Below are positions 1 to 12,102 of a DNA stretch of 64,000 nt, piece after piece. Source of the stretch: Octopus vulgaris (taxonomy: Eukaryota). The DNA lies in assembly GCA_951406725.2 (NCBI GenBank), contig OX597819.1:12028001-12092000 (forward strand). Direction: 5' to 3'. Position 1 is the stretch's first letter, and every line of letters begins with the position of its first letter. A program made the position numbers and the translations under genes. The notes under the pieces are model-generated. The model was not told the DNA's origin and did no database searches. It worked only from the letters and a program-made list of their open reading frames with translations.

Positions 1-49
1 TCTCTTATTTTCCCTTCCCTTCTCACCAATGTTTCTTTGTTTCCTGAAG

Positions 50-211
50 GTATGTGCCACTCTCGGTACAACAGCAGTGTGCTCTTTTGATGCACTTAAT
101 GAAATTGCAGAAGTGTGCAACAGAGAACGACTATGGCTTCATGTGGATGGTGCATATGCAGGTAATGCCATGATATGTCCTGAGTTCCAGCATTTACTTT
201 CTGGCATTGAG
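50..211 (+). CDS. TDC: Tyrosine decarboxylase (group II PLP decarboxylase), internal exon; gene begins upstream of the window
   Basis: ag|GTA..GAG|gtaag, 162 nt; [14 protein letters not shown]...[11 protein letters not shown] is the family motif. Confidence 0.93.
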
Positions 212-625
212 GTAAGACAGATCCATAAATACTTTCGGTGTGTGTAATTTTTTAATCTGTCTTGTCTGTTGGAGTATTTTTTCTTGGTTAAGACGAGGCA
301 GACAGAGATAATGTACTTAGATGTTTAAGGCAGCGACCTGGCAGAATCGTTAGCGTGTGGCATAAAATCCTTAGTAGCATTTCTTCCTGCTCTTTAGTTC
401 TGAGTTCAAATCCCACCGAGGCCAACTTTGCCTTTCATCCATTTAGAGTCAATAAAACGAATACCAATCAAATACTGGGATCGATATAATCGACGTGTCC
501 CTCCTCTCAAAAACTGCCGACCTACAACGGACCGCCGTCCTGTTTAGGGGGAATGTTGTGATTTCGGCCACTTATATATCATGGAGATCGGGCAACCGGC
601 CAATATGAGTTCTAGGATGTAAAGA

Positions 626-659
<34 letters not shown>

Positions 660-921
660 ATATATACATACATATATATAATGGACTCTCCCGTCGAAGA
701 CAACGTATGAGCGATAAGCTCTTACCGAACGACCTGGTCAAATGATTTGTTTCTAAAGATCAAATGTGCACGGTGTCTCGAAGTGATCGCAACAATGTGA
801 AATGAAGTATTTTGCTCAAGAAAACAACGCACCACCCGGTCTAGGAATTGAAAACACAATCTCGCAATCGTGAATGCAACTCCCTAAACCACTAAGCCAT
901 GCACCTCACACACACATGCAT

Positions 922-960
<39 letters not shown>

Positions 961-1324
961 CATATATATGTATACATACAAATATATGCATGTACATATA
1001 TATATCAGAATATACCCTCCACGTATATATTCTTATATTCTTATAATTAAAAATTAAGAATTACAAAGTTTATATATTAAAATTTTTTTTTAATTGAAAT
1101 AATTTTAATTTATAAATTTAAAATTTTTTTTAAATTATTGCAGTTAGCAACCTTCTAAGATATTTGTGTTGGTAGAGAAGAAGAAAAGGAACGCACGTAT
1201 ATTGTAATGACTGTGGATGCATATGGGCATGTATTATGTATGTTGATTTTGCTTGCATCTGGACCTATGGAAGAATCTAAAGGTGCAATAGAATTCATGC
1301 TTACATGTAGAGAATACTTCGTGT

Positions 1325-1363
<39 letters not shown>

Positions 1364-1509
1364 TTATAATTATAATTTAGGGTATCTGAGAGATCCCACC
1401 ACGCTGAAAATAGCAGTCAAAACCTGACTCTAAAGCCACATTAAATGATCATATAGCACTAGGAGAGAAGACAGAAAGACAAAATAAACTAGCAAAAATT
1501 TACTGGATA

Positions 1510-1568
1510 ATTCCAGATCCTGGATTTCTGTCTTTGCATAAGGGATGCTTTGCCTTCGTCAGTGGAAT
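1510..1568 (-). ncRNA. Hammerhead ribozyme-like motif
   Basis: ATTCCA-CTGACGA-(imperfect stem II)-GAAA-TCCAGGA-TC-TGGAAT; 6-bp stem I. Confidence 0.55.
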
Positions 1569-1589
1569 ATACTCAGATAGCACATAAAT

Positions 1590-1671
<82 letters not shown>

Positions 1672-1793
1672 TGGCAGGGCTGGCCTGCTAGGTAGCCGGC
1701 CAGAATGCTAGAAGAAGATCATCAACGATCAAACTACAAGGGAAATTCTCTAGAGGAAGAATTCAGCGAACACCAGAACCAACTTTGGCCTCA

Positions 1794-1844
<51 letters not shown>

Positions 1845-2001
1845 ACATACGATATACTTACATATACGAATGTCTATACATACATATATATATATGCACG
1901 TATGTACATGACCAGTTTAAATTGCCCGCCTTAAAGCTCCTCGTGCGATATGGTCAGAATGGTCATATATATATATTTATATATATATATATATATATAT
2001 A

Positions 2002-2746
2002 TGAATAAAAAATGGAGTTAACGCAGGTGTAAACAAATATTTTTACTTTCGACACATGTTTCGAAAATTCCACTGATACTATTCAAAAGAATAAATGGTA
2101 TAAACAATGCAATCTTATCTTCGGGAAAGTGAAAAAAACGAAACTCGTCAATACGACATTTTAGCAAAAAATGATGGATTTGTATAGCGATAGACAGAAC
2201 GCTATTAATATTGTTTAAAAAAACGTTATATGATATAACGTCATAAGTAGCTAACAGAAAGAGTAGGGATATTAATAGTGAATGTTAAATATAAAGGAAA
2301 TTAAAGTTTAAATTATATATAATGATAGAGACTACTTATATGCACTAAATGTATGTTTTTGCCAATGCTTACATCTGTATGCTCGCTCTATAACCGTGTT
2401 TACTAGAGTATTTTTAGAAAAAATAATTAAAAATAGCTCAGAATTGCAGAGAAGACAGAATTTCTTGCCTTTGTCATATGGTATTGAAATTGAAAGGATC
2501 AACCATTCTAAATGAAATTGTTCATTGTGGTCTTTTAAATCCCAAATCAGTTTGCTGACACCGGTACTATTCCGTTTATTTCTATCCCTAAATGTTGAGT
2601 AATGGATAGAAATTCTTTTAGATAACTCTAACGATGTGCTTCCAATGTAAAATCGTACTTTATTACGAGTATCAGTGGAATTTTCGAAACATGTGTCGAA
2701 AGTAAAAATATTTGTTTACACCTGCGTTAACTCCATTTTTTATTCA
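2002..2746 (-). mobile_element. Truncated Penelope-like element: GIY-YIG endonuclease C-half plus inverted terminal segment
   Basis: Stop-free minus frame about 2667-2332 (FYIGSTSLELSKRISIH...SKLIWDLKD...PYDKGKKFCLLCNSE); 79-bp perfect inverted arms; hammerhead-like motif at 2045-2130. Confidence 0.8.
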
Positions 2747-3371
2747 CAACAAACATCAGCGATCTGATTGTTGCCTGTACCATTCCTCAAATCAGATCTC
2801 TAATCTTTCGATAATTCCCATGTCTTCTACCTCATTACGACTTTGCGATGATACTGAAAAAACTATTTTCCAGCTTGTATAGCCATCCTTTTCTCTGGAG
2901 CCGTTTCTGCTCAGTATTCCATATATAAAACAATGAACAATGCCTCGTTATACGGAACAGTTATATGCCATACCCACTCGTTCGTAGACTTTAAATATGA
3001 GGAATCACAATAAAGAAATGTAGGCGTCCTCCGATGGAGTGATGCAGTGTGAGGTAACTGGAACATAACTCAGGTATAAATTCTAGTAAACCTGAAGCGA
3101 TGTTGAAACTAAGCCAGATAAGTGATACTACAAAAAGATCTAGAGAAGACAGGTCTTTAATATGAATAACGTTTGAAAATATGAGCAGAAGTAATAATTA
3201 GTAAAGTCTCGCCCAGATGTAAATCTCCATTTAACAGATATAACATTTGTAACCTTAACATATTCTGAAGGTGTCATTAATTCTATATTGCTGTCTAGCT
3301 TCCAAAATATTCATGACTTTAACGTGCAACGACCATTTGAAACTAATATAAACATTTCGCTTTTATTACAG

Positions 3372-3439
3372 TTTGCTCACTCTATCAATTTTAACCCGAA
3401 CAAATGGATGTTGGTCAACTTTGACTGCTCCCTCTTGTG
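3372..3439 (+). CDS. TDC: Tyrosine decarboxylase exon with the PLP-binding lysine
   Basis: cag|TTT..TG|gtaag, 68 nt; [28 protein letters not shown] is TDC-type (DDC has NPHKW, HDC has NPSKW). Confidence 0.93.
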
Positions 3440-3957
3440 GTAAGAACAATTTTTCAATATCCGGTTACACAGATACATTGGCTTGATTCTTCATTTTGCA
3501 GAGCTGGTCGATAAAATTATATTATTAGATCAGGCACCGAGTCAAAGAAAGAGCAGAGCGCAAAAGACGTATTCAAATGAGTTAAATGTTAAACGTCTAT
3601 TAGTGACCGATTGGGTGAACGTGGAAATGGAGGTGTCGCCATATTTGAATAAATCTAATGAACAAACGAGGGAGCCTCTGCATAGTCGCTCGAACTACTA
3701 GAAATAGTCCCTTATGTTTCCCCCATCTCATCCCTCGCTGTCTTAAAAAAAAACAACGAATGATGTAGTCTTAGATACACTGAAAGGAGGTAAACAGGAT
3801 GGTCATGGTTGAAGCGCTTCTGATAATATATCCGCTCGATCTAGGTTGACTTGCGACAACTACATTGAAAACCTACAAGAAAAATTAGCCAAATCTCCCT
3901 CAAGTCACACCCTATCGCTTTAAAATAAAGATAGTAGACAATATTTTTGCTGGTTAA

Positions 3958-4327
3958 TGCGGTGAGGTGGCAGAAACGTTAGCACGCCGAGCGAAATGCG
4001 TAGCCGTATTTCGTCTACCGCTATGTTCTGAGTTCAAATTCCGCCGTAGTCGAGTTTGCCTTTCATCCTTTCGGGGTCGATAAATTAAGTACCAGTTACG
4101 CACTGGGGTCGATGCAATCGACTTAATCCCGTTGTCTGTCCTTTTTTGTCCACTCTATGTTTAGCCCCTTGTGGGTAGTAAAGAAATAGGTATTTCGTTT
4201 TGTCTTTACGTTCTGAGTTCAAATTCCGGCCAGGTCGATTTTGCTTTTCATCCTTTCGGGGTCTATAAATTAAGTACCAGTTGCGTACTGGGGACGATCT
4301 AATCGACTGCCCCCCTTCCTTCAAAAT
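3958..4327 (+). mobile_element. SINE family C (tRNA-like head, Nin-like core), two-unit copy
   Basis: GGCAGAAACGTTAGCACGCC..GAGTTCAAATTCC..GCCTTTCATCCTTTCGGGGTCGATAAATTAAGTACCAG; related copies near 328, 8352(-), 37671(-), 44691, 45410(-), 59796, 63917. Confidence 0.8.
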
Positions 4328-5092
4328 TTATGTTTATGGCTTTCGCAGTCCCCACTCCCCATCACCCCCGATCCTGGTGAATTCGATGTCGATAATGTTT
4401 CATTTAATCTATACAAATCTACTCCCGCAGGAACAATGGAGAAGGGAGAATATTCCAGAGGAATGATGCTCTAGGGAAGAAGGATTGACCGTAGTGGTTA
4501 GTTTGGGACACAATATGGTAAGAGGAGGGGAGAAAAGTGAATAGGGAGTGCATGAGTGAAGCGGGGAACAGAAGCCATTGTAGTAACGGTATAAAAGATA
4601 GAGAGAGGAGACAATATGTCTGTGAACCAGAAGCTGGAACAAGTCTTGGTGGTATGTGTGCAGCAGCTGCAGTAATATCAGCAACAGTACTTTTCTAGAA
4701 TGGTAACAACGCTTCATTGTGACTTCAACTGAGCTTTGTTGAGAGTCAATAATTGTTGGAGTGCGATGACGTATTTCCTGGCTCTGATCCCAGTTATTTT
4801 AAAGACAAACTTTCATCAGAAAAGAGCCTCGGTGACGGCTGTAAGTGTTGCTCCATGTTTAGGGATTGATAAAGTGTGATCATGTTTCCTTGATATAAAG
4901 TCGCGTTGTTTTGTTGTTGTTGTTGTTTTTTTTCTCTATTGAAAAAGGGACAAATTTGGCATAGCACCGGTGAAAGATACTTTCGTGGTCTCCGTTCATG
5001 AAATCAGTGCAGACTTGTTGTGTCTTGCTTGTATGTGGATGAAGCATTATTGTGGAAGGTGGGGAAGAAATGAAGGCTCATGTCATCTACAT

Positions 5093-5477
5093 TGGAAGCA
5101 CTCCGTCGGTTACGACGACGAGGGTTCCAGTTGAACCGATCAACGGAACAGCCTGCTCGTGAAATAAACGTGTAAGTGGCTGAGCACTCCACAGACACGC
5201 GCACCCTTAATGTAGTTCTCGGGGATATTCAGCGTGACACAGAGAGTGACAAGGCCGGCCCCTTGGAATACAGGTACAACAGAAACAGGAAGTAAGAGTG
5301 AGAGAAAGTTGTGGTGAAAGAGTACAGCAGGGATCACCACCATCCCCTGCCGGAGCCTCGTGGAGCTTTTAGGTGCTTTCGCTCAATAAACACTCACAAC
5401 GCCCGGTCTGGGAATCGAAACCGCGGTCCTATGACCGCGAGTCCGCTGCCCTAACCACTGGGCCATTGCGCCTCCGC
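5093..5477 (-). mobile_element. tRNA-derived SINE family A, full length
   Basis: Minus strand has A-box TGGCCCAGTGG and B-box GGTTTCGATTCCC; 12-bp TSD TGTCATCTACAT. Confidence 0.88.
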
Positions 5478-6268
5478 TGTCATCTACATACATAACAGTG
5501 TGCGTTAGTAATCTAGCAAATAGTGCATTGTCGTGTGAAGGCCATCCTGTTTGGAAATGGGATACGTTTCTCCAGGCGTTGTTGGCCCTTTTTGTCTAAA
5601 CTGTTGCAGCGCTGCTATGGCGTGAACCCCCTGGGGAACTTGGGACATTGTGTTTTTGCTGTGTGTCGGAGAATGCGGAGGAATACGTCTAAAAGGGTAG
5701 TTTCAGTCACTTACCTACCTGTTTCTGATTGGTCACCAGCGAAACACGTGATCTGCCAAGGAATGTGAATCTGTGATGAAATACGAATAGAATTTTGAGA
5801 CTAACCCTAAATAATAATAATAGTCAATTCTCTATAACAATAGTATCTGCTTCTATCAGACGTTATATAAAATAGATCTGGAGATATCGAGCAAATCTCT
5901 CCTCTGTGTAGTCGCTCGACCATTAAGAAACTACACCTTCCCTGTCACAAAATAATACTCATTATCTTATGTAGACTGGAGTGCCTAAAATATAAGGTTA
6001 AGATGATTATGGTTGGAATGTCTTCGCATATAAGTCTGCTGAATCGAGTTAAAACAACAGTAGCACTATGTAACCTGAGAATTAATTCCATTCCTGAGTT
6101 TATGGTTATATTAGTACTAAAATCAGCTAATCTTGTATTATGCAATGTAATCCTAGGGGCGTAGTTACGGTTGAAATGTCTTTCATTGCGGTTCTGCCCG
6201 ATCAGAGTTGACCTGGGGTTAAGCAACAACAATGAAAACAAACAACTATTCCTATTTTTTATAATACA

Positions 6269-6664
6269 CTAGCAGTATCGCCCGGCGTTGCTCGGGTTTG
6301 TAAGGGAAATAACTATATAAGCATTTTTAGAGAGTTATAGCCAAAAAATAGCAAAATATGCATTAAAATGGAAAAGAAATTATGGTAATTTTTTTTTTAA
6401 TCGTTGACTCATCGTAGACATTTTTAGAGAGTTACTTCCCTTATGTAATAGCGAAAAAATACATTAAAATGGGAAAAAATGATGGTAATTTTTTTTTTTT
6501 AATCGTAGACTCATCGTAGACGCGCGCTAATACCCAGAAGGGCTCGATATGAATCACGACTATAAGATACCCGGTTTTGGTTAAACTGCACCGCAAAATG
6601 TGGGAGTAGTTAGGAATCTAAATCGTAGGAGACAGACACACAACTTGACTTTTATATATAAAGA
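6269..6664 (-). mobile_element. Non-autonomous Helitron
   Basis: Minus strand 5'-TCTTTATATATAAAAG...CCCGAGCAACGCCGGG hairpin...CTAG-3', inserted between A and T; internal direct repeat of about 95 bp. Confidence 0.8.
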
Positions 6665-6714
6665 TTAGAAACTCTGTAACTATTGAATATTTCTGACTGC
6701 TTGTTATGTTTCAG

Positions 6715-6785
6715 GGTGAAAGACAGCCAGCTGTTGTCAGAGGCCTTGACCGTTGACCCAATCTATCTACAACATCCACACGGAG
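6715..6785 (+). CDS. TDC: Tyrosine decarboxylase exon
   Basis: cag|G GTG..GGA G|gtaaat, 71 nt; VKDSQLLSEALTVDPIYLQHPHG; phases match both neighbours. Confidence 0.92.
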
Positions 6786-6988
6786 GTAAATATTTCTACT
6801 CTTTATTCTGTATATTTATACAACCAGACAACCAAGGAGTCGAATTGCTTGAAATAGCAGCCATTCTCTTAACTCACACCCTACTGCCCTAAACACAAAA
6901 AGACAGAAAAACACACACTGGATAATGTGATCCTAGGTTCGCTTTCTTTCCTTTCTGTTTTTTTAGCTAGGTCTGGTGGAAGAGGTAA

Positions 6989-7207
6989 CTCTCTCTCTCT
7001 CTTTTACTCTTTTACTTGTTTCAGTCATTTGACTGCGGCCATGCTGGAGCACCGCCTTTAGTCGATCAAATCGACCCCAGGACTTATTCTTTGTAAGCCC
7101 AGTCCTTATTCTATCGGTCTCTTTTGCCGAACCGCTAAGTGACGGGGACGTAAACACACCAGCATCGGTTGTCAAGCAATGCCAGGGAGACAAACACAGA
7201 CACACAA

Positions 7208-7238
<31 letters not shown>

Positions 7239-7402
7239 CATATATACGATAGCTTCTTTCAGTTTCCGTCTACCAAATCCACTCACAAGGCATTGGTCGG
7301 CCCGGGGCTATAGCAGAAGACACTTGCCCAAGATGCCACGCAGTGGACTGAACCCGGAACCATGTGGTTCGTAAGCAAGCTACTTACCACACAGCCACTC
7401 AT
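6989..7402 (-). mobile_element. tRNA-derived SINE family B (CORE-like, internal CA/TA microsatellite)
   Basis: tRNA-like head followed by TTGGGCAAGTGTCTTCT; further copies near 31921, 34550, 37880, 41183, 41553, 53280, 58444, 59292 (-) and 53960 (+). Confidence 0.85.
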
Positions 7403-8039
7403 GCTTTTTTTTTTTTTAAATCTGTAGGTCAAAAGGTAAAGATCCGTTTAAAACTTTGTCTTCTAATGTTTACTTTCATTTTATCACAGATCATGTACAA
7501 ATGCTGTTTTCTGATTGTTCAAAAATGATCAAACTTTAAACCTCTGAAACATTTTTCTCAAATTTTCCTCGAATACATGAATCACAAAATTGGATTCTGC
7601 GTGAAAAAATACACCAACATACCAAATTTGAAAATTTTCACTTAATTTTAAAATTTTAATATCTGTGACAGAAAGAGAAAAGATCTCTCTATCTCTTTCA
7701 TTTTTCGCTTTTCTCACGGTAAACTTACCCCTTCTCCATACATTTTACCACTCTCTCTCTCCCCCTCTCTCTCTCTCTCTCTCTCTCACTCACTCTCTGT
7801 AAAAGCTTATAGATAATGGTTTTTTTCGTTTTTGTTTTCCTCGCGGCTTTTCTTCTATGTATTACACCCAATAATATCATTTTCTAAAGCTTCTTTTCCG
7901 TGACTAATTACTTGTTTTTTCTATATTTTATTATATCAACATCACAACCCCTAACATCCACCAAACTTCGCAAAAATCCATCCACCACACCAAACTCCAC
8001 CGAACTCCATCAAACTCTACCACTATCGACGTCGAATAG

Positions 8040-8059
8040 ATAAAGCCATTGATTTCAGG
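8040..8059 (+). CDS. TDC: Tyrosine decarboxylase 20-nt micro-exon (DKAIDFR)
   Basis: tag|ATAAAGCCATTGATTTCAGG|gtaagt; needed to join phase 1 to phase 0 and supplies the conserved D[YF]R before HW. Confidence 0.88.
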
Positions 8060-8918
8060 GTAAGTTGATTTTCTTTTTCTCAAATTTTTTCGTTATCTGA
8101 AAATCATAAATCTTGACATCATCGAATAAATTTGGTCGCTGTTCAAGTTTGACTTCGAGTCAGTCTTGATCGAGATCAATCCCGAACGCTGCTCTTCCCC
8201 CGCTGCCTAAACGATGAAAAAGTAAATATTGGACAATGTAACCTTAAATAAGCTCTTCTTAGAGTCTGTTATAAACCCTACGATTCATGAAGCAGGATCT
8301 TAACCCGATTTCCATGACCTATATAGTGAGTCAGCTAACACCACCACCTATTTCATTATTACCCACAAGGGGCTAAACATAGAGGGGACAAACAAGGACA
8401 GACATAGGTATTAAGTTGATTACACCGACCCCAGTGCGTAACTAGTACTTAATTTATCGACCCCGAAAGGATAAAAGGCAAAGTCGACCTCGGCGGAATT
8501 TGAACTCAGAACGAAACGGCAGACGAAATACCGCTTAGCATTTCGCCCGACGTGCTAACGATTCTGCCAGCTCACCACCACTACCATCCATCGAACGCAA
8601 TGCCGATCCTTTGCAAAGTTAATCTGCCTGCTTTTGCTGAAACTCATCGATAGCAGAGTGAACTGGAGCAACATGAAATGAAGTGTTTTGCTCAAGAACA
8701 CAATGCAACGCCCGGTCTAGGAATCGAAATCACGACCTAACAGTTGTGAGTGCGACAACGTAACACCTAAATCATGCACCTTCACCCTAAATATGTCTGA
8801 AAATGAAAAGGAAGTGAATGTCTTGGCTGAGACGCCCTTAATCAAAAGTCTGGTTTAGCAGAGCCGACTGGAAACTAAACAACACCACCAACGTGTCTTA
8901 GAAATAACATCGAGTTAA

Positions 8919-9482
8919 AGAGTTCCTAAAAGTTCTGCGAGAGTTCCTAAAAGCTCTGCGAGAGTTCCTAAAAGCTCTGCGAGGGTTCTTAAAAGCTCTG
9001 CGTGAGTTCCTAAAAGCTCTGCGAGAGTTCCTAAAAGCTCTGCGAGAGTTCCTAAAAGCTCTACGAGAGTTCCTAAAAGCTCTGCGAGAGTTCCTAAAAG
9101 ATCTACGAGAGTTCCTAAAAGCTCTGCGAGAGTTCCTAAAAGCTCTGCGTGAGTTCCTAAAAGCTCTACGAGAGTTCCTAAAAGCTCTGCGAGAGTTCCT
9201 AAAAGCTCTGCGAGAGTTTCTAAAAGCTCTGCGTGAGTTCCTAAAAGTTCTGCGAGGGTTCTTAAAAGCTCTACGAGAGTTCCTAAAAGCTCTGCGTGAG
9301 TTCCTAAAAGCTCTACGAGAGTTTCTAAAAGCTCTGCGTGAGTTCCTAAAAGTTCTGCGAGGGTTCTTAAAAGCTCTGCGTGAGTTCCTAAAATTTCTGC
9401 GAGGGTTCTTAAAAGCTCTGCGTGCGTTCCTAAAAGCTCTACGAGAGTTCCTAAAAGCTCTGCAAGGGTTCCTAAAAGTTCT
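8919..9482. repeat. 21-bp minisatellite, about 27 copies, intronic
   Basis: Unit AGAGTTCCTAAAAGCTCTGCG with single-base variants. Confidence 0.95.
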
Positions 9483-9588
9483 GGACTTAAAGAGAGTTCG
9501 TTGCAAAGTCTAGTGAGATGATTTACTGTAGGAAATGAAAAGTCTATTTCGTCTCCATTCTTTTCGTTTCATGGTTAAGTAGAGACAG

Positions 9589-9607
9589 TGGTGCCACCTG
9601 GTGGCCA
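9589..9607 (-). promoter_or_regulatory. CTCF-like motif
   Basis: TGGCCACCAGGTGGCACCA in AT-rich intron; motif match only. Confidence 0.4.
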
Positions 9608-9656
9608 GGTAACAAATAGATATTCAGTTATGTTTTCTCTTTTTTGTTTATTCTAG

Positions 9657-9755
9657 CATTGGGGAATTCCGTTGAGTCGAAGATTCCGTTCATTGAAATT
9701 ATGGTTTGTTCTGAGAACATACGGTATTGAAGGATTGCAGCATTATATTCGAGAA
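9657..9755 (+). CDS. TDC: Tyrosine decarboxylase exon
   Basis: tag|CAT..GAA|gtaaac, 99 nt; [33 protein letters not shown]. Confidence 0.94.
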
Positions 9756-9919
9756 GTAAACACCGGTTTCATACAATTCCCATCACCATCAACACCACTG
9801 ACATCGTTATCGTCATCAGATTCGCTACCACCCTATCATCAACATCATTGTTCTCATCCCAGGATCATCACCATCATCACCATCATCATCATCATCATCA
9901 TCATCATTGTCATCACTAT

Positions 9920-10307
9920 GGATGGAAGCACTCCGTCGGTTACGACGACGAGGGTTCCAATTGATCCGAATCAACGAAACAGCCTGCTCGTGAAATTAAC
10001 GTATAAGTGGCTGAGCACTCCACAGACACGTGTACCCTTAACGTAGTTCTCGGGGATATTCAGCGTGACACAGAGAGTGACAAGGCCGGCCCTTTGAAAT
10101 ACAGGTACAACAGAAACAGTAAGTAAGAGTGAGAGAATGTTGTGGTGAAAGAGTACAGCAGGGATCACCACCATCCCCTGCCGGAGCCTCGTGGAACTTT
10201 TAGGTGTTTTCGCTCAATAAACACTCACAACGCCCGGTCTGGGAATCGAAACCGCGATCCTACGACCGCGAGTCCGCTGCCCTAACCACTGGGCCATTGC
10301 GCCTCCA
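9920..10307 (-). mobile_element. SINE family A, full length
   Basis: 15-bp TSD CATTGTCATCACTAT; inserted in a (CAT)n-rich tract. Confidence 0.88.
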
Positions 10308-10513
10308 CATTGTCATCACTATCACCACCGTCGCTACCATTATCATTATCGCCACCATCACCAGCACTACCACTACCAACATCATCACAATCATCTCCAT
10401 CCTCTCCATCATCGTCATCGCCATCTTCACCACAACCATCCGCACTACCAACGTTATCATCCCCCTCTGCCAATATTATCTTCGATAACGGTCTTCTTTT
10501 TCTACCGTTTCAG

Positions 10514-10615
10514 CATGTCAGACTTGCCAAATTATTTGAATCCAAAGTGTTGGAAGAAGACAGATTTGAAGTATTGGGAGAAGTGATTATGGGACTTGTC
10601 TGTTTTCGATTGAAG
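10514..10615 (+). CDS. TDC: Tyrosine decarboxylase exon
   Basis: cag|CAT..AAG|gtaaat, 102 nt; HVRLAKLFESKVLEEDRFEVLGEVIMGLVCFRLK. Confidence 0.93.
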
Positions 10616-11262
10616 GTAAATAAATACGTACGTTCGCGCACACACATACGTACATGCATGCATACATGTTTATAATTATGATATGACACAAATAATTGCG
10701 CTCACAAGGAAAAAGTGTACTCAATATGTAATGTAGAGTTTTATTCTATTTATTGTAAACTGAAAGCCCCACTAACTGTTACTATGAGTTTTATGGTTCC
10801 ACTCTTCGGACGATGTTGAATGTTGGAGCAAAAAGTAGCATAAAACGAACCTGCGAAAATGTATTACTAAATTGGTCCGTGTAATTGTCAGGTTTATAGT
10901 AACTCTCTGGTTGAATATTTGGTTTAAAGCGCTAAAATTCACTTAAGTCCGTCATTGAACTCGACGAATGATTTCAATCACGGTTCTACCAACGTAACTA
11001 TTCTTTCGTTGATGCTCAAAGACACAGCGCGACCGCTTTATCAAAATATACCTGGATAATTAGAAAGGCAACCAAGCATTATTTTGTCCGTCTTAGGCTA
11101 CACGCAGCGACATCGTCGTCGAAACTTCGCATCTAGGCTGCTCCGATGCAGTATGCCAAACTGAAAAGAGGCTCAACTCACACCAAGTCAGAGCTATTGT
11201 CTTCTTGCAAACGTGCACCAAAATCACCATTCAGCCTGGTACAAACCACCATAACATAATAA

Positions 11263-11630
11263 GGTTACGACGATGAGGGTTCCGGTTGATCCGAATCAAC
11301 GGAACAGCCTGCTCGTGAAATTAACGTGTAAGTGGCTGAGCACTCCACAGACACGTGCACCCTTAACGTAGTTCTCGGGGATATTCAGCGTGACACAGAG
11401 AGTGACAAGGCCGGCCCCTTGAAAGACAGGTACAACAGAAACAGGAAGTAAGAGTGAGAGAAAGTTGTGGCGAAAGAGTACAGCAAGGATCACCACCATC
11501 CCCTGCCGGAGCCTCGTGGAGCTTTTAGGTGTTTTCGCTCAATAAACACTCACAACGCCCGGTCCGGGAATCGAAACCGCGATCCTACGACCGCGTGTCC
11601 GCTGCCCTAACCGCTGGGCCATTGCGCCTC
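11263..11630 (-). mobile_element. SINE family A, tail-less copy with 35-bp flanking duplication
   Basis: 11228-11262 equals 11631-11665 with one mismatch. Confidence 0.85.
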
Positions 11631-12102
11631 CATTCAGCCTGGTACAAACCACCTTAACATAATAATTTTTCTAATGTATTTTGATTATATAAAAAAGACA
11701 CTATGAGGTTTTAAAACCACCTTTCTTCAGTTTGGTAAAGTCGTTCCTAAGGGACCTTCATCACTTTCAGTTACCCTTATTTCCAACAGTTTTAACTGTT
11801 GGACTAAATGCTGTCAACGCCAATACTTTTTACTCTTATTCGATCCACTTTGCTTCACCTCCGCTCATTTTTCATTCATTTTTAATGCACTAAATTTATT
11901 TGTACTTTTATCTTCTTAAACCGCTTCTTTTTCAATACGGTTTTCATATTTTTTGTTCAACGTTTTAACATTCAATATTATTATAACTTGCTGTTACGAT
12001 TATATAGGTGCATGTATGGCTGTGTGGTGAAGAAGCACGATTTGCAACCATGTGGTCTCGGGTTCAATCTCACTGCGCAGCACCTTGGGCGTGTGTGTGT
12101 GT

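Noticed and set aside
5140-5343. Recurrent 67-aa MVVIPAVLFHHN ORF (also 9971, 11296, 31385, 57229) as a peptide family
   Set aside because: It lies inside SINE family A copies; recurrence reflects repeat identity
8898-9506. 202-aa (FRNSRRA)n ORF as a protein, or the array as CRISPR
   Set aside because: Translation of a 21-bp minisatellite; there are no unique spacers or cas genes, and the context is a eukaryotic intron
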